Shown here: positions 16,265 through 24,000 of the stretch, in pieces | How the letters are laid out: every line of letters starts with the position of its first letter | Position numbering within the stretch: position 1 is the stretch's first letter | From: an uncultured Desulfarculus sp. | Lineage (GTDB): Bacteria > Desulfobacterota > Desulfarculia > Desulfarculales > Desulfarculaceae | Reading direction: 5' to 3' | Length of the DNA stretch: 24,000 bases | Assembly: GCA_963665125.2 (NCBI GenBank) | Contig: CAXXUK010000002.1 | Coordinates: forward strand, 496,245 to 520,244 | Notes under the pieces: model-generated | Seen by the model: the letters and a program-made list of their open reading frames with translations, nothing else | Database searches by the model: none | Told to the model about the DNA's origin: nothing | Made by a program: the position numbers and the translations under genes

Positions 16265-16301
16265 AGTGTAATCATGTACGAACTTGGGCAGATATTACAC
16301 T
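16265..16301. promoter_or_regulatory. Candidate operator: 8-bp inverted repeat AGTGTAAT-N21-ATTACACT upstream of the TetR gene
   Basis: AGTGTAAT (16265-16272) and ATTACACT (16294-16301) are perfect reverse complements. They lie 20-56 nt upstream of the TetR ATG, in the gap after the cupin gene. Confidence 0.3.
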
Positions 16302-16375
16302 TTAAGCTGGGTAATGTATAGGCGGTAGAAGCGGGCAGGGGCGGCAGATCAGCGCGCCCCCACCCGTAAGGGGCT

Positions 16376-16798
16376 TTATCCGCAACTTTGGAATTTGGGA
16401 GCCTCGGGCACGCAGTCGGCGCCTTGGCCGGGGCAGTCAATGATGCAGATCAGTTCCACTGGCTCATCGCCCAGCACGGTACCGCGGTGCTGCTCGTCTT
16501 CGTAAAACACCACGCAATCGCCGGGTCCGGCCTCGACCTTTTCGCCGTCGCCGTTTTCAAAGACCATGCGCCCGCTGATGATTAGCGGGGATTGCACGTA
16601 TGTGTGGTTGTGAAAGGGGATCATCTCCAGAGGCAGGCCGGGTTGCAGAGTATAGCGGCGCACGGCGTGTTTGTGGTGATAACGTTCGTCGCCCACTTCA
16701 TTGCTGAATATCCACTGGATGATCATCATGTCGTTTGGCAGGCCGAAAGGCTTGCCCACATCGATCTTTTGCACATCGTCTCTTTTACGCAGGATCAT
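16376..16798 (-). CDS. Cupin-domain protein (140 aa)
   Basis: ATG 16798 has AGGAG 7 nt upstream. The sequence is cupin-like: ...FHNHTYVQSPLIISGRMVFENGDGEKVEAGPGDCVVFYEDEQHRG.... The C-terminus is Cys-rich (CIIDCPGQGADC...SCG). Confidence 0.7.
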   Translation of the reverse strand: MILRKRDDVQKIDVGKPFGLPNDMMIIQWIFSNEVGDERYHHKHAVRRYTLQPGLPLEMIPFHNHTYVQSPLIISGRMVFENGDGEKVEAGPGDCVVFYEDEQHRGTVLGDEPVELICIIDCPGQGADCVPEAPKFQSCG

Positions 16799-16812
16799 TT
16801 TTTCACTCCTAA

Positions 16813-17643
16813 TTACTTGATGCCGGTGACCAGCAATGACGGCTCATGGCCGGGAATGATGAAACCGGGCTCGTCTTTTTCCGCGATGGCCTTGACCTTC
16901 TGAACGCTGTCGTAGAAGGCGTAGTAGTCGTAAATAATGGAATGCGGCACGGCCGGACCGAATACCTCCGGCGCCGGAGGTATGGCGTGGGTTTTGCCGT
17001 GCATGTCCATCATTTCCGTCAGGCCGGGGAACATCATGAAGTTGAAAAGAGATAAATCGCCAACCAGGACCCTGACGCCGCCGGCCGTGTTGACGGCCAC
17101 CGACTGGCTGCCCAGGGAGTGGCCCGGCGTTTTGTAGAGTTTTATGCCGTCGGCTATCTCATAGTCGCCGTCAATGGCCAGCCGGGGCATGGCCTTGATT
17201 TCTTCCACCACGCCGGGGTCATAGTCCATGCGGATGTTCTGCACGGGCAGGGGCGAAAGCAGATTGAGCCATTCGTCTTTTTGAAAGACAAGCTTGGCGT
17301 TTTCAAAAAGTTTGCAGTTGGCCGCGTGGTCGTTGTGCAGGTGGGTGTAGATCACCGTGTCGATGTCTTTGGGCCCCAGGCCTTCCTTTTCCAGGGCCGA
17401 CTTGATGAACGAACTGCCGCCCTCGGCGGGCAACAGGCCCCAGGCCATGCCGTCGATGATGAAGTTTTCCGAAATACCCGAGTCGACCAGGATGTTGCGG
17501 CCCTGGCTTTGCAATAAAAAACCCAGGTACGGCGCGCTGAGCTCTGGGTCGGTTTGCAGCGGTGGCATGCCGTTGGGCCAGATCAACGACAGTTTGGCCG
17601 TGATCTTGCCCAGATAAAGCACCTTGATTTCCCATTTGGTCAC
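16813..17643 (-). CDS. MBL-fold metallo-hydrolase (N-acyl-homoserine-lactonase-like), about 276 aa
   Basis: The zinc motif HxHxDH is present as YTHLHNDHAAN. Later blocks are TPGHSLGS and GD.... ORF 16813-17667 starts at TTG, but GTG 17643 has GGGAGG 6 nt upstream. The stop lies 14 nt before the cupin gene. Confidence 0.8.
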   Translation of the reverse strand: MTKWEIKVLYLGKITAKLSLIWPNGMPPLQTDPELSAPYLGFLLQSQGRNILVDSGISENFIIDGMAWGLLPAEGGSSFIKSALEKEGLGPKDIDTVIYTHLHNDHAANCKLFENAKLVFQKDEWLNLLSPLPVQNIRMDYDPGVVEEIKAMPRLAIDGDYEIADGIKLYKTPGHSLGSQSVAVNTAGGVRVLVGDLSLFNFMMFPGLTEMMDMHGKTHAIPPAPEVFGPAVPHSIIYDYYAFYDSVQKVKAIAEKDEPGFIIPGHEPSLLVTGIK

Positions 17644-17866
17644 TTTGGTCCTCCCTGAAATAGACAAAAAAACTAAAAGCGTTTATAAGTTTACATAAGC
17701 CGATGTTTGTGTCAATATTTTTTATGTATGCGACAAAAGCCTGATAATCGCAGGGACATCTTGCCAGGAGCCCCTAATTGGGATAGACCTTTAGGCCAGT
17801 GCTGAGATTAAATTCACAATGAGAATCCGCCGCCATACGCGGCGCGTTCAACCATGGAGTTGCACA

Positions 17867-19579
17867 ATGAAATTGGTAATCATCGGTGGAGTAGCCGGAG
17901 GGGCTACGGCAGCGGCCAGGGCCCGTCGTTTGGACGAGAGCGCTGAAATAGTAATTTACGAGCGGGGCCAGTATGTTTCGTTCGCCAACTGCGGTCTGCC
18001 CTATTACATAGGCGAGGTGATCCAGGAGCGCGACGCCCTTTTGGTCAGCACCCCGGAGATGTTCAAGGGTAAATACAACGTCGACGTCAAGGTGATGAGC
18101 GAAGCCGTGGCCATCGACCGCCAGGCCAAGACCGTGACCGTCAAGCACCTGATGACCGGCCAGGAGATCACCGAAAGTTATGACAAGCTGATTCTCTCTC
18201 CCGGCGCCGAACCGGTAAAGCCTCCCCTGCCCGGCGTGGATCTGCCCGGCGTGCTGAGCCTGCGTTCCATCCCGGATTCGGATACGATCAAGGCCCTGGT
18301 GGATTCGGGCAAGGTCAAAAAGGCCGTGGTGGTCGGCGGCGGCTTCATAGGCCTGGAGATGGCCGAAAACCTGGCCGAGCGCGGCGTGCGGATTACCCTT
18401 GTCGAGGCCATGGACCAGGTCATGCCTCCCATTGACTATGAAATGGCCACCTTGGTCCACGCCAACCTGGAGCTCAAAGGCGTCGACCTGCGCCTGAAGA
18501 CCAGGATCACCGGTTTTGAACAGGCCGGAGAGGGCCTGCTGGTCAACACCGAGGCCGGCGACAAGATCGAATGCGACCTGGCCCTTTTGTCAATCGGCGT
18601 GCGCCCGGAAAACGAGTTGGCCAAACAGGCTGGCCTGGACATTGGCCCCAGGGGCCACTTCCTGGTGGACAACAGCCTGCGCACCAACGATCCGGACATT
18701 TTCGCCGTGGGCGACGCCGTGCAGATCTGGGACTATGTCACCGGTCTGCCCGTGGCCATGGCGCTGGCCGGTCCGGCCAACCGCCAGGGCCGCATCGCCG
18801 CCGACAACGCCATGGGCCGCTCCACCGTGTACCGCGGGGCCCTGGGCACTTCCGTGGTGGGCCTGTTCGGCCAGGTCATCGCCAGCACCGGGCCGTCCCA
18901 GAAATTCCTGGAGGCCAACAACGTGCCCCATATGGTCGTCTACAGCCATTCGCCCAACCACGCCAGCTACTACCCGGGCTCGGAGATGATGGCCGTCAAG
19001 CTCATCTTCGCTCCGGGCAGCGGCAGGGTCCTGGGCGGCCAGATCATTGGCGGTCCGGGCGCGGAAAGGCGCATCGACGTGCTGGCCACGGCGGCCAAGG
19101 CCGGGCTGAGCGTATTCGACCTGGAAGAGCTGGACCTGGCCTATGCACCGCCGTTCGGCTCGGCCCGGGACCCAATCAACGTGGCGGGCATGGTGGCGGC
19201 CAACATGCTGCGCGGCGACATGAAAGCCGTTACGCCCCTGGCCATCGAGGACATGGACCCGGAGAACGATGTGCTCATCGACGTGCGCTTTGACGACGAA
19301 GTGGAAGAAACGGGCACCATCAAGGGCTCCATGCACATCCCTCTGCCCCAGCTGCGCTCGCGGCTGCCCATTCTGGACAAGTCCAAGCGCTACCTGGTGT
19401 ACTGCGCCATCGGCCTGCGGGGCTATCTGGCCTACCGCATCATGGTCCAAAACGGCTTTAACGTGGTGAATATCCTGGGCGGTTTCGGCCTGTACAGGCC
19501 CTGGTTGGGCCGGGCGGAAGGCGCCATCGTGGACAAGGATCAGGCAATCACCCTGGGCGCGGCCTTTGCCGCCTCGTAG
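17867..19579 (+). CDS. CoA-disulfide reductase / NAD(P)H persulfide-reductase-type flavoprotein fused to a C-terminal rhodanese domain, 570 aa
   Basis: MKLVIIGGVAGGATAAARARR is the FAD GxGxxG motif. SFANCGLPYY carries the redox Cys. VVGGGFIGLEMAE is the NAD(P)H site. The C-terminal rhodanese loop is YLVYCAIGLRG. ATG 17867 has GGAG 7 nt upstream. Confidence 0.88.
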   Translation: MKLVIIGGVAGGATAAARARRLDESAEIVIYERGQYVSFANCGLPYYIGEVIQERDALLVSTPEMFKGKYNVDVKVMSEAVAIDRQAKTVTVKHLMTGQEITESYDKLILSPGAEPVKPPLPGVDLPGVLSLRSIPDSDTIKALVDSGKVKKAVVVGGGFIGLEMAENLAERGVRITLVEAMDQVMPPIDYEMATLVHANLELKGVDLRLKTRITGFEQAGEGLLVNTEAGDKIECDLALLSIGVRPENELAKQAGLDIGPRGHFLVDNSLRTNDPDIFAVGDAVQIWDYVTGLPVAMALAGPANRQGRIAADNAMGRSTVYRGALGTSVVGLFGQVIASTGPSQKFLEANNVPHMVVYSHSPNHASYYPGSEMMAVKLIFAPGSGRVLGGQIIGGPGAERRIDVLATAAKAGLSVFDLEELDLAYAPPFGSARDPINVAGMVAANMLRGDMKAVTPLAIEDMDPENDVLIDVRFDDEVEETGTIKGSMHIPLPQLRSRLPILDKSKRYLVYCAIGLRGYLAYRIMVQNGFNVVNILGGFGLYRPWLGRAEGAIVDKDQAITLGAAFAAS

Positions 19580-20721
19580 AGCCTGAACAGACGGTCCATC
19601 AGATCAGCCGGATCAAAGCGGGCGCGGACGAAACGCAAACCGTTCGCGCCCATTTTTTGGGCCTTGGAGCCGTCATCCAGGCGCGCTGCGGCGTCGGCCA
19701 GGGCCGCGGCATCGCCGGGCGGCACGATATAGCCGCTTTGGCCGTGATCCAGCCAGTCGCCCACGCCGCCTACATCCGAGGCTATGGCCGGTATGCCCAG
19801 GTGCAGGGCCTCCAGCCCGACGATGCCGAAGGGCTCGGCCCACAGGCTGGGCAGCCACAGGCTGCGGGCACCGGCCAACATAGCGCTCATGCCCCGGCGG
19901 TCCTGCCAGCCCTTGAAAACGATGCGCCCCCCGGAGTTCCGGGCCCGTTTGACGATTTCATCCTGCATCGGTCCGCTGCCGGCCACCCACAGAGGCGGGC
20001 CGCCGCGCATCATCCCGGCCGCGTCCAGGGCCACGGCCACGCCCTTATGGCGCACCAGGCGGCAGGCCAGCAGGTGATAGCCGCCGGGGTCGCCGGTGGG
20101 CTTTTCCGTGATGCGGTGAACAAACGGCGGCAGCACCCGCAGGCGGCTCGGCCTCAGCCCGGCCTTTGTAAGCATCGCGGCCATGTATTGGGAGAGGACC
20201 AGCACCCTGCGCATCAGCCCGAGAGACTTCAGCCGCCGCCTGGTCACGGCGGCCAGGGCCTGGAAATAATCCATATCGTCAAAGCAGGCCGCGCAGTGGG
20301 AGCCCAGAGGCCTGCGGCAGGGTTGGCCGCTTGGGGTGATCATGCCCCGGCCGGGACAAAAGGGCCGATGGTCCTGGACAATGGCCACGCACGGCGCCAG
20401 ACGGGCCGCTGCGGCCGTCAGGGCCGGGTCCACCACGTTGTGGATGTGGATCACCTCGGGCTCGAAGTCGTTGATCGCCGCGGCCAGGCGCCGGAGAGCA
20501 CCCCGGCCGCCCCTTGGGGCCAGTCCGCTGCGGTCCAGGCCCTTGCAGCGGGCCATGGGGCCGATGCGCCGCCGTTCGGAAAGGGGCACGGACCTGTCGT
20601 CCCGGCCAAATACGAGCCGTGTCTCGGCCCGGCCCTGGGACAGTTCCAGGATGCCCAGCATGTGGCGGTCGGCCCCGCCGTACGCCGAGAGACGGTCGGC
20701 CATGTGCAATACGCGCAACAT
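19540..20721 (-). CDS. Glycosyltransferase family 4 (GT-B fold, GT1-type C-terminal domain), 393 aa
   Basis: ORF 19540-20922. I prefer ATG 20721 (MLRVLHMADRLSAYGGADRH...). The typical C-terminal block is SLWAEPFGIVGLEALHLGIPAIASDVGGVGDWL...G. The N-terminal extension in the track is P/R/S-rich junk. Confidence 0.82.
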   Translation of the reverse strand: MLRVLHMADRLSAYGGADRHMLGILELSQGRAETRLVFGRDDRSVPLSERRRIGPMARCKGLDRSGLAPRGGRGALRRLAAAINDFEPEVIHIHNVVDPALTAAAARLAPCVAIVQDHRPFCPGRGMITPSGQPCRRPLGSHCAACFDDMDYFQALAAVTRRRLKSLGLMRRVLVLSQYMAAMLTKAGLRPSRLRVLPPFVHRITEKPTGDPGGYHLLACRLVRHKGVAVALDAAGMMRGGPPLWVAGSGPMQDEIVKRARNSGGRIVFKGWQDRRGMSAMLAGARSLWLPSLWAEPFGIVGLEALHLGIPAIASDVGGVGDWLDHGQSGYIVPPGDAAALADAAARLDDGSKAQKMGANGLRFVRARFDPADLMDRLFRLYEAAKAAPRVIA

Positions 20722-20827
20722 GGCTTCTTTATGTAACAAGTTATGGGGGATTGGGAAAGCCCGGAACGGCCTAAAGGATCGGCCGCTGGAAAAAAAGCCG
20801 CTCCGGGCGGGGTGTGCGTTGACGGGC

Positions 20828-21193
20828 CTAGGCGAAAATATTGTCGGGTTTGTAGGGGTGAGTGCCCTCCACGACATCCACGCCGCATTTGGCCTTGATC
20901 TTTTTGATGATGGTTTCGGCATGGGGGCAGTGGTCGGTGATGCACGGGGCGATGTGCACCTTGGTCGGCTTTTCCTCCATGGGCGCGTTCCACAGCTTTA
21001 CCTGGGCCAGGCGGGTGACAATGGTGGCGCCGGGGCAGTCGCCGCAGTTCAACAGGCCCATGACCTGGGCGTCGCTGTCGGCATAGGCCGCGAAATCGCC
21101 CTCACGGCGGTTGAAGCCCACCAGACAGCGGCTGCAACCGATGCAGACGTCGTCCATTGCCTTTTTGCATCCAACTATGAGAATTTTTTCCAC
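20828..21193 (-). CDS. CGGC-domain-like small Cys-rich protein (121 aa)
   Basis: GTG 21193 has GAGG 6 nt upstream. The sequence reads MEKILIVGCKKAMDDVCIGCSRC...LLNCGDCPGA...APCITDHCPH. The Cys spacing resembles the CGGC domain family. This assignment is from memory of the family pattern only. Confidence 0.6.
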   Translation of the reverse strand: MEKILIVGCKKAMDDVCIGCSRCLVGFNRREGDFAAYADSDAQVMGLLNCGDCPGATIVTRLAQVKLWNAPMEEKPTKVHIAPCITDHCPHAETIIKKIKAKCGVDVVEGTHPYKPDNIFA

Positions 21194-21223
21194 CTGCTAC
21201 CTCACTTTTGCTTTTCGGGTGAA

Positions 21224-21619
21224 TTACGCTGTAAGCGCGCCCACGGCAACCAGCGCGTCAAAAAGTACCTGGGCTTCGTTTTGGCCGGGATTGGGCGGCA
21301 GCTTGGCCAGCAGGCCCAAACCCTCCGAGGCCTCGTGAAAGTCTTCGTCGCTCAAATCGCTGACCACGGCGCACCCCACCAGGGCGTTGACCCAGACAAG
21401 GCGGCCCGCCAGCTCCAGGCCGGTCATGTCCGGCAGGTTCTGTCCGCAGACCAACAGGACCGGGGCGACTTCCCGGACCCGTTCCAGGGCCTCCTCGCCC
21501 GTGGCCGCGGTTATGGCCAGTAAACCCTTTTGGGCCAATCCGGCAGCCAGTTCATCGGGGTTTTTCATGGCCAGCACACAGACTGGTTTGTTGTCCGTAT
21601 TCAAATGACTACACTCCAT
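21224..21619 (-). CDS. Stand-alone receiver-like (CheY-fold) protein lacking the phospho-acceptor Asp (pseudo-receiver), 131 aa
   Basis: A beta-alpha pattern is evident: VCVLAMKNPDELAAGLAQKG / LLAITAATGEEALERVRE / PVLLVCGQNLPDMTGLELAGRL / AVVSDLSDED / LLAKLP. The position aligned with the acceptor Asp reads G, and the N-terminal acidic pair reads MK. No clear SD, so the start is uncertain. Confidence 0.5.
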   Translation of the reverse strand: MECSHLNTDNKPVCVLAMKNPDELAAGLAQKGLLAITAATGEEALERVREVAPVLLVCGQNLPDMTGLELAGRLVWVNALVGCAVVSDLSDEDFHEASEGLGLLAKLPPNPGQNEAQVLFDALVAVGALTA

Positions 21620-21856
21620 TTAGTTAGGGTCGTCTATCAAGATTCAAGGATCGTACCAATGTGGGCCAAATGGTTGTTAAACTATAACAGCATGTTAGAC
21701 GGAGGCACTACTTGGCGGCGCTGTTGTGAAATGCAATATGAAATGGTTATATTGCAAAATGAAATATTGCTGGCGGGCATAACCTTTGACGAAGCAGCCC
21801 GAGTGCATTAGAATCCTCCACGTTTGATACATGTTCGAACGGATTGCGGTGAAAAA

Positions 21857-23221
21857 ATGGCGCATTCCAGCGTAAATACATGGGGCGGACCGTTTCGCCT
21901 GCTGGTGGGCTCCTTTGCCGGGCTTATTTTCCTGGGCGCGGCCGTGTTGGCCATGCCTTTTTGTCACGCCGCCGAACCGGTAAAACTCCTCGACTGCCTG
22001 TTTACCTCCGTCAGCGCGGTGTGCGTCACCGGGCTGATCACCGTAGACACGGCCACGGTGTGGTCGCCCGTTGGCCAGATCGTTATAGCCCTGTTGATTC
22101 AACTGGGCGGCATGGGCATCATGACCTATTCCATCGCCCTGTTGTATCTGGCCGGTCGTCAGCCGGGCATGCGCAGCCGCCTGGCCCTGCGCAGCGCCTT
22201 GGGCCCCATTCCGGTCAGCGAACTGGGCCTGATGATCCGCAATATCGTCCTCTACACCGCCACCTTGGAACTGGTGGGGGCGGCGCTGTTGTACTGGCGT
22301 TTCAGTCAGCAGTTCCCGCCGCTCAAGGCCGCCGGGTTCGCCCTGTTTCACGCCATCAGCGCCTTTTGCAACGCCGGTTTCGCTTTGTTCAGCGACAGTT
22401 TGATGGGATATGCCCACGACCCCCTGGTCAACCTGACCGTCATGGGCCTGATCTTTTTGGGCGGCATCGGCTTTTTGGTGCTCAGGGAGTTGCAGCAGCG
22501 CATTTTCAGGCGCAATGTACGCCATCCCAGAATGAGCCTCAGCGCCAAGATGGCTCTGCGCACATCGTTGGTGCTTATCGTCCTGGGCACGGTGGCCATA
22601 GCCGTATTGGAACTGGCCACCGACATCGGCCCGGATTTCGACCGCCACCCCTGGCAATTCATCTTTTGCTCGGTGACCGCCCGCACGGCCGGTTTCAACA
22701 CCATTGATTTGAATCTGCTGAGCAATTCATCGATTTTGATCCTGATGCTGCTGATGTTCATCGGAGCAAGCCCCGGATCGACCGGCGGCGGAGTCAAGAC
22801 CACGGTATTCGCCACCATTTGGGCCATGGCCTATTCGCGGATGAGGGGCCGCCCCACCACCGAGGCCTCCTACCGCACCATATCCGAAAACCAGGTCTCC
22901 CAGGCCCTGGCCCTGGTGCTGATCAGCCTGGGCGCGGTGGTGGTGGCCACTGTCTTGATGACCAGCATCGGAACCCTGGACCCTCTAACCGGCCATCATC
23001 GGGGCGATTTCCTGGTATTGGGTTTCGAGGTGGTCAGCGCCCTGGCCACGGTGGGCCTGAGCCTGGGCGCCACTCCCGTGCTGTCGGACGGGGGCAAGGT
23101 GGTTATAATCTTGTTGATGTTCATCGGCCGTCTGGGGCCGCTGACCTTGATCTACGCCCTGGCCTCACGCACCAGGGCCACGGGATATCAATTGGCCGAG
23201 GAGCAGATAGTCCTGGGCTAA
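21857..23221 (+). CDS. trkH: TrkH/KtrB-family potassium uptake transporter, membrane subunit (about 454 aa)
   Basis: The protein is highly hydrophobic with repeated pore-loop-like segments (SAVCVTGL, SAFCNAGF, VTARTAGFNT, SPGSTGGGVKT, VSALATVGLSLG). I prefer ATG 21857 over TTG 21824, but the start is uncertain. The RCK subunit gene follows. Confidence 0.88.
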   Translation: MAHSSVNTWGGPFRLLVGSFAGLIFLGAAVLAMPFCHAAEPVKLLDCLFTSVSAVCVTGLITVDTATVWSPVGQIVIALLIQLGGMGIMTYSIALLYLAGRQPGMRSRLALRSALGPIPVSELGLMIRNIVLYTATLELVGAALLYWRFSQQFPPLKAAGFALFHAISAFCNAGFALFSDSLMGYAHDPLVNLTVMGLIFLGGIGFLVLRELQQRIFRRNVRHPRMSLSAKMALRTSLVLIVLGTVAIAVLELATDIGPDFDRHPWQFIFCSVTARTAGFNTIDLNLLSNSSILILMLLMFIGASPGSTGGGVKTTVFATIWAMAYSRMRGRPTTEASYRTISENQVSQALALVLISLGAVVVATVLMTSIGTLDPLTGHHRGDFLVLGFEVVSALATVGLSLGATPVLSDGGKVVIILLMFIGRLGPLTLIYALASRTRATGYQLAEEQIVLG

Positions 23222-23237
23222 ACGCGGAGGCAAACCA

Positions 23238-23891
23238 ATGGAAGTCGCAGTCATAGGCCTTGGTAACTTTGGCCGGGCCCTGACCGAGCAGCTTTTTGAA
23301 CTTGGTCACGACATTTCCGTGGTCGATTCCAACCCTGCGGCCGTGGCCAAGGTCCAGGGCATCGCCCAACAGGCCGTGGTGGCCGACGCCACCAACCGCG
23401 GCGTGCTGGAAGAACTGGGCGTGAGCATGGCCGGAGCGGCCGTGATATCGGTGGGCGACAGCATCGGCGCCAGCGTGTTGATCACCCTGCACCTCAAGGA
23501 AATGGCCGTGCCCCAGATCATGGCCAAGGCCATCAGCACCGAACACGAAAAAGTGCTTTTGGCCGTGGGAGCCGACCGAGTGGTCTTTCCGGAGCGCGAC
23601 GCGGCCCACCGCCTGGCCGGGACCCTGGACAACCCGGACCTGATGGAGTTTTTGCCCATCGGCGGCGAATACCACGTGGTGGAGATGGAAACCCCCAAGT
23701 CCATGGTCGGCAAGACCCTGATGGGCCTCGACCTGCGCAAGAATTACAATGTCAACGTCATCGCCCTGCGCGAAAAGGGCAGCCAGCGCACCAGGGTGGT
23801 CATCAGCCCCGACTACGTCCTTACCGGCAATGACCGCATGGTGGTCCTGGGCGCGGCCAAGGACCTGGATCGCCTGCGCAAGGAGACTTGA
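23238..23891 (+). CDS. trkA: TrkA/KtrA-family RCK-domain regulatory subunit of the potassium uptake system (217 aa)
   Basis: ATG 23238 has GGAGG 7 nt upstream. The Rossmann motif is MEVAVIGLGNFGRALTEQLFELGHDISVVD. The C-terminal TrkA_C-like block reads VVEMETPKSMVGKTLMGLDLRKNYNVNVIALRE. Confidence 0.88.
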   Translation: MEVAVIGLGNFGRALTEQLFELGHDISVVDSNPAAVAKVQGIAQQAVVADATNRGVLEELGVSMAGAAVISVGDSIGASVLITLHLKEMAVPQIMAKAISTEHEKVLLAVGADRVVFPERDAAHRLAGTLDNPDLMEFLPIGGEYHVVEMETPKSMVGKTLMGLDLRKNYNVNVIALREKGSQRTRVVISPDYVLTGNDRMVVLGAAKDLDRLRKET

Positions 23892-24000
23892 TAGCGTTGT
23901 GAAATTGTCAGCCTTTTGGCTTTCACACTTTGCAAAAAAACAGCAATTATTCAGAAAGAAAAGCCAAGGATCTAAACAATAATAATAGCGATAATATCTA

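Noticed and set aside
19657-21523. Plus-strand ORFs of 359 aa (19657-20736) and 395 aa (20336-21523) overlapping the glycosyltransferase, CGGC and receiver-like genes
   Set aside because: They are antisense shadow ORFs that overlap each other and three motif-bearing minus-strand genes, with no SD or domains.
21695-22657. 320-aa minus-strand ORF antisense to trkH
   Set aside because: The plus-strand product is a clear TrkH-type transporter. The antisense translation is Q/G/A/H-rich and starts inside the intergenic region.
1-24000. CRISPR arrays, rRNA/tRNA genes and large tandem repeats
   Set aside because: I saw no regularly spaced direct repeats and no rRNA- or tRNA-like conserved segments on either strand. 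The window is almost fully accounted for by protein-coding genes plus the regions listed above.

Overview
High-GC (about 60-65% by eye) chromosomal segment, probably from a sulfate-reducer-like Desulfobacterota (Desulfovibrionales-type) genome. This guess rests on gene content, Tat and c-heme signals and GC3-rich codons. Most of the window is ordinary, well-packed coding sequence. Left to right: a secreted beta-barrel outer-membrane protein; a small membrane protein coupled to a Tat-exported Cys-type sulfatase; Tex; an acyl-CoA synthetase; a heme-c-sensor GGDEF cyclase; a TetR/cupin/MBL-hydrolase operon; a CoA-disulfide-reductase-rhodanese fusion; a GT4 glycosyltransferase; a CGGC-domain protein with a degenerate receiver; and a TrkH/TrkA potassium uptake pair. 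The accessory part lies at about 3.86-9.0 kb. (i) A sharply bounded low-GC island (3862-5470) carries two translationally coupled orphan genes, a 295-aa soluble protein and a 164-aa four-TM protein. Its layout matches lambda RexA/RexB, and it is my best candidate for an undescribed phage-exclusion or abortive-infection module. (ii) A GC-rich ORF-less gap holds six consecutive stem-loops. (iii) An intact IS5-family element (6198-7484) has a 5-bp target duplication. (iv) Immediately downstream sits the mercury-methylation pair hgcA/hgcB, recognised from the NVWCAAGK cap-helix motif and the 2x[4Fe-4S] + C-terminal CC ferredoxin. hgcA is preceded by a short in-frame ORF that has a better RBS than hgcA itself and is separated from it by a single TGA. 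The many long antisense ORFs in the track are GC-driven shadow ORFs. I found no rRNA, tRNA or CRISPR array.
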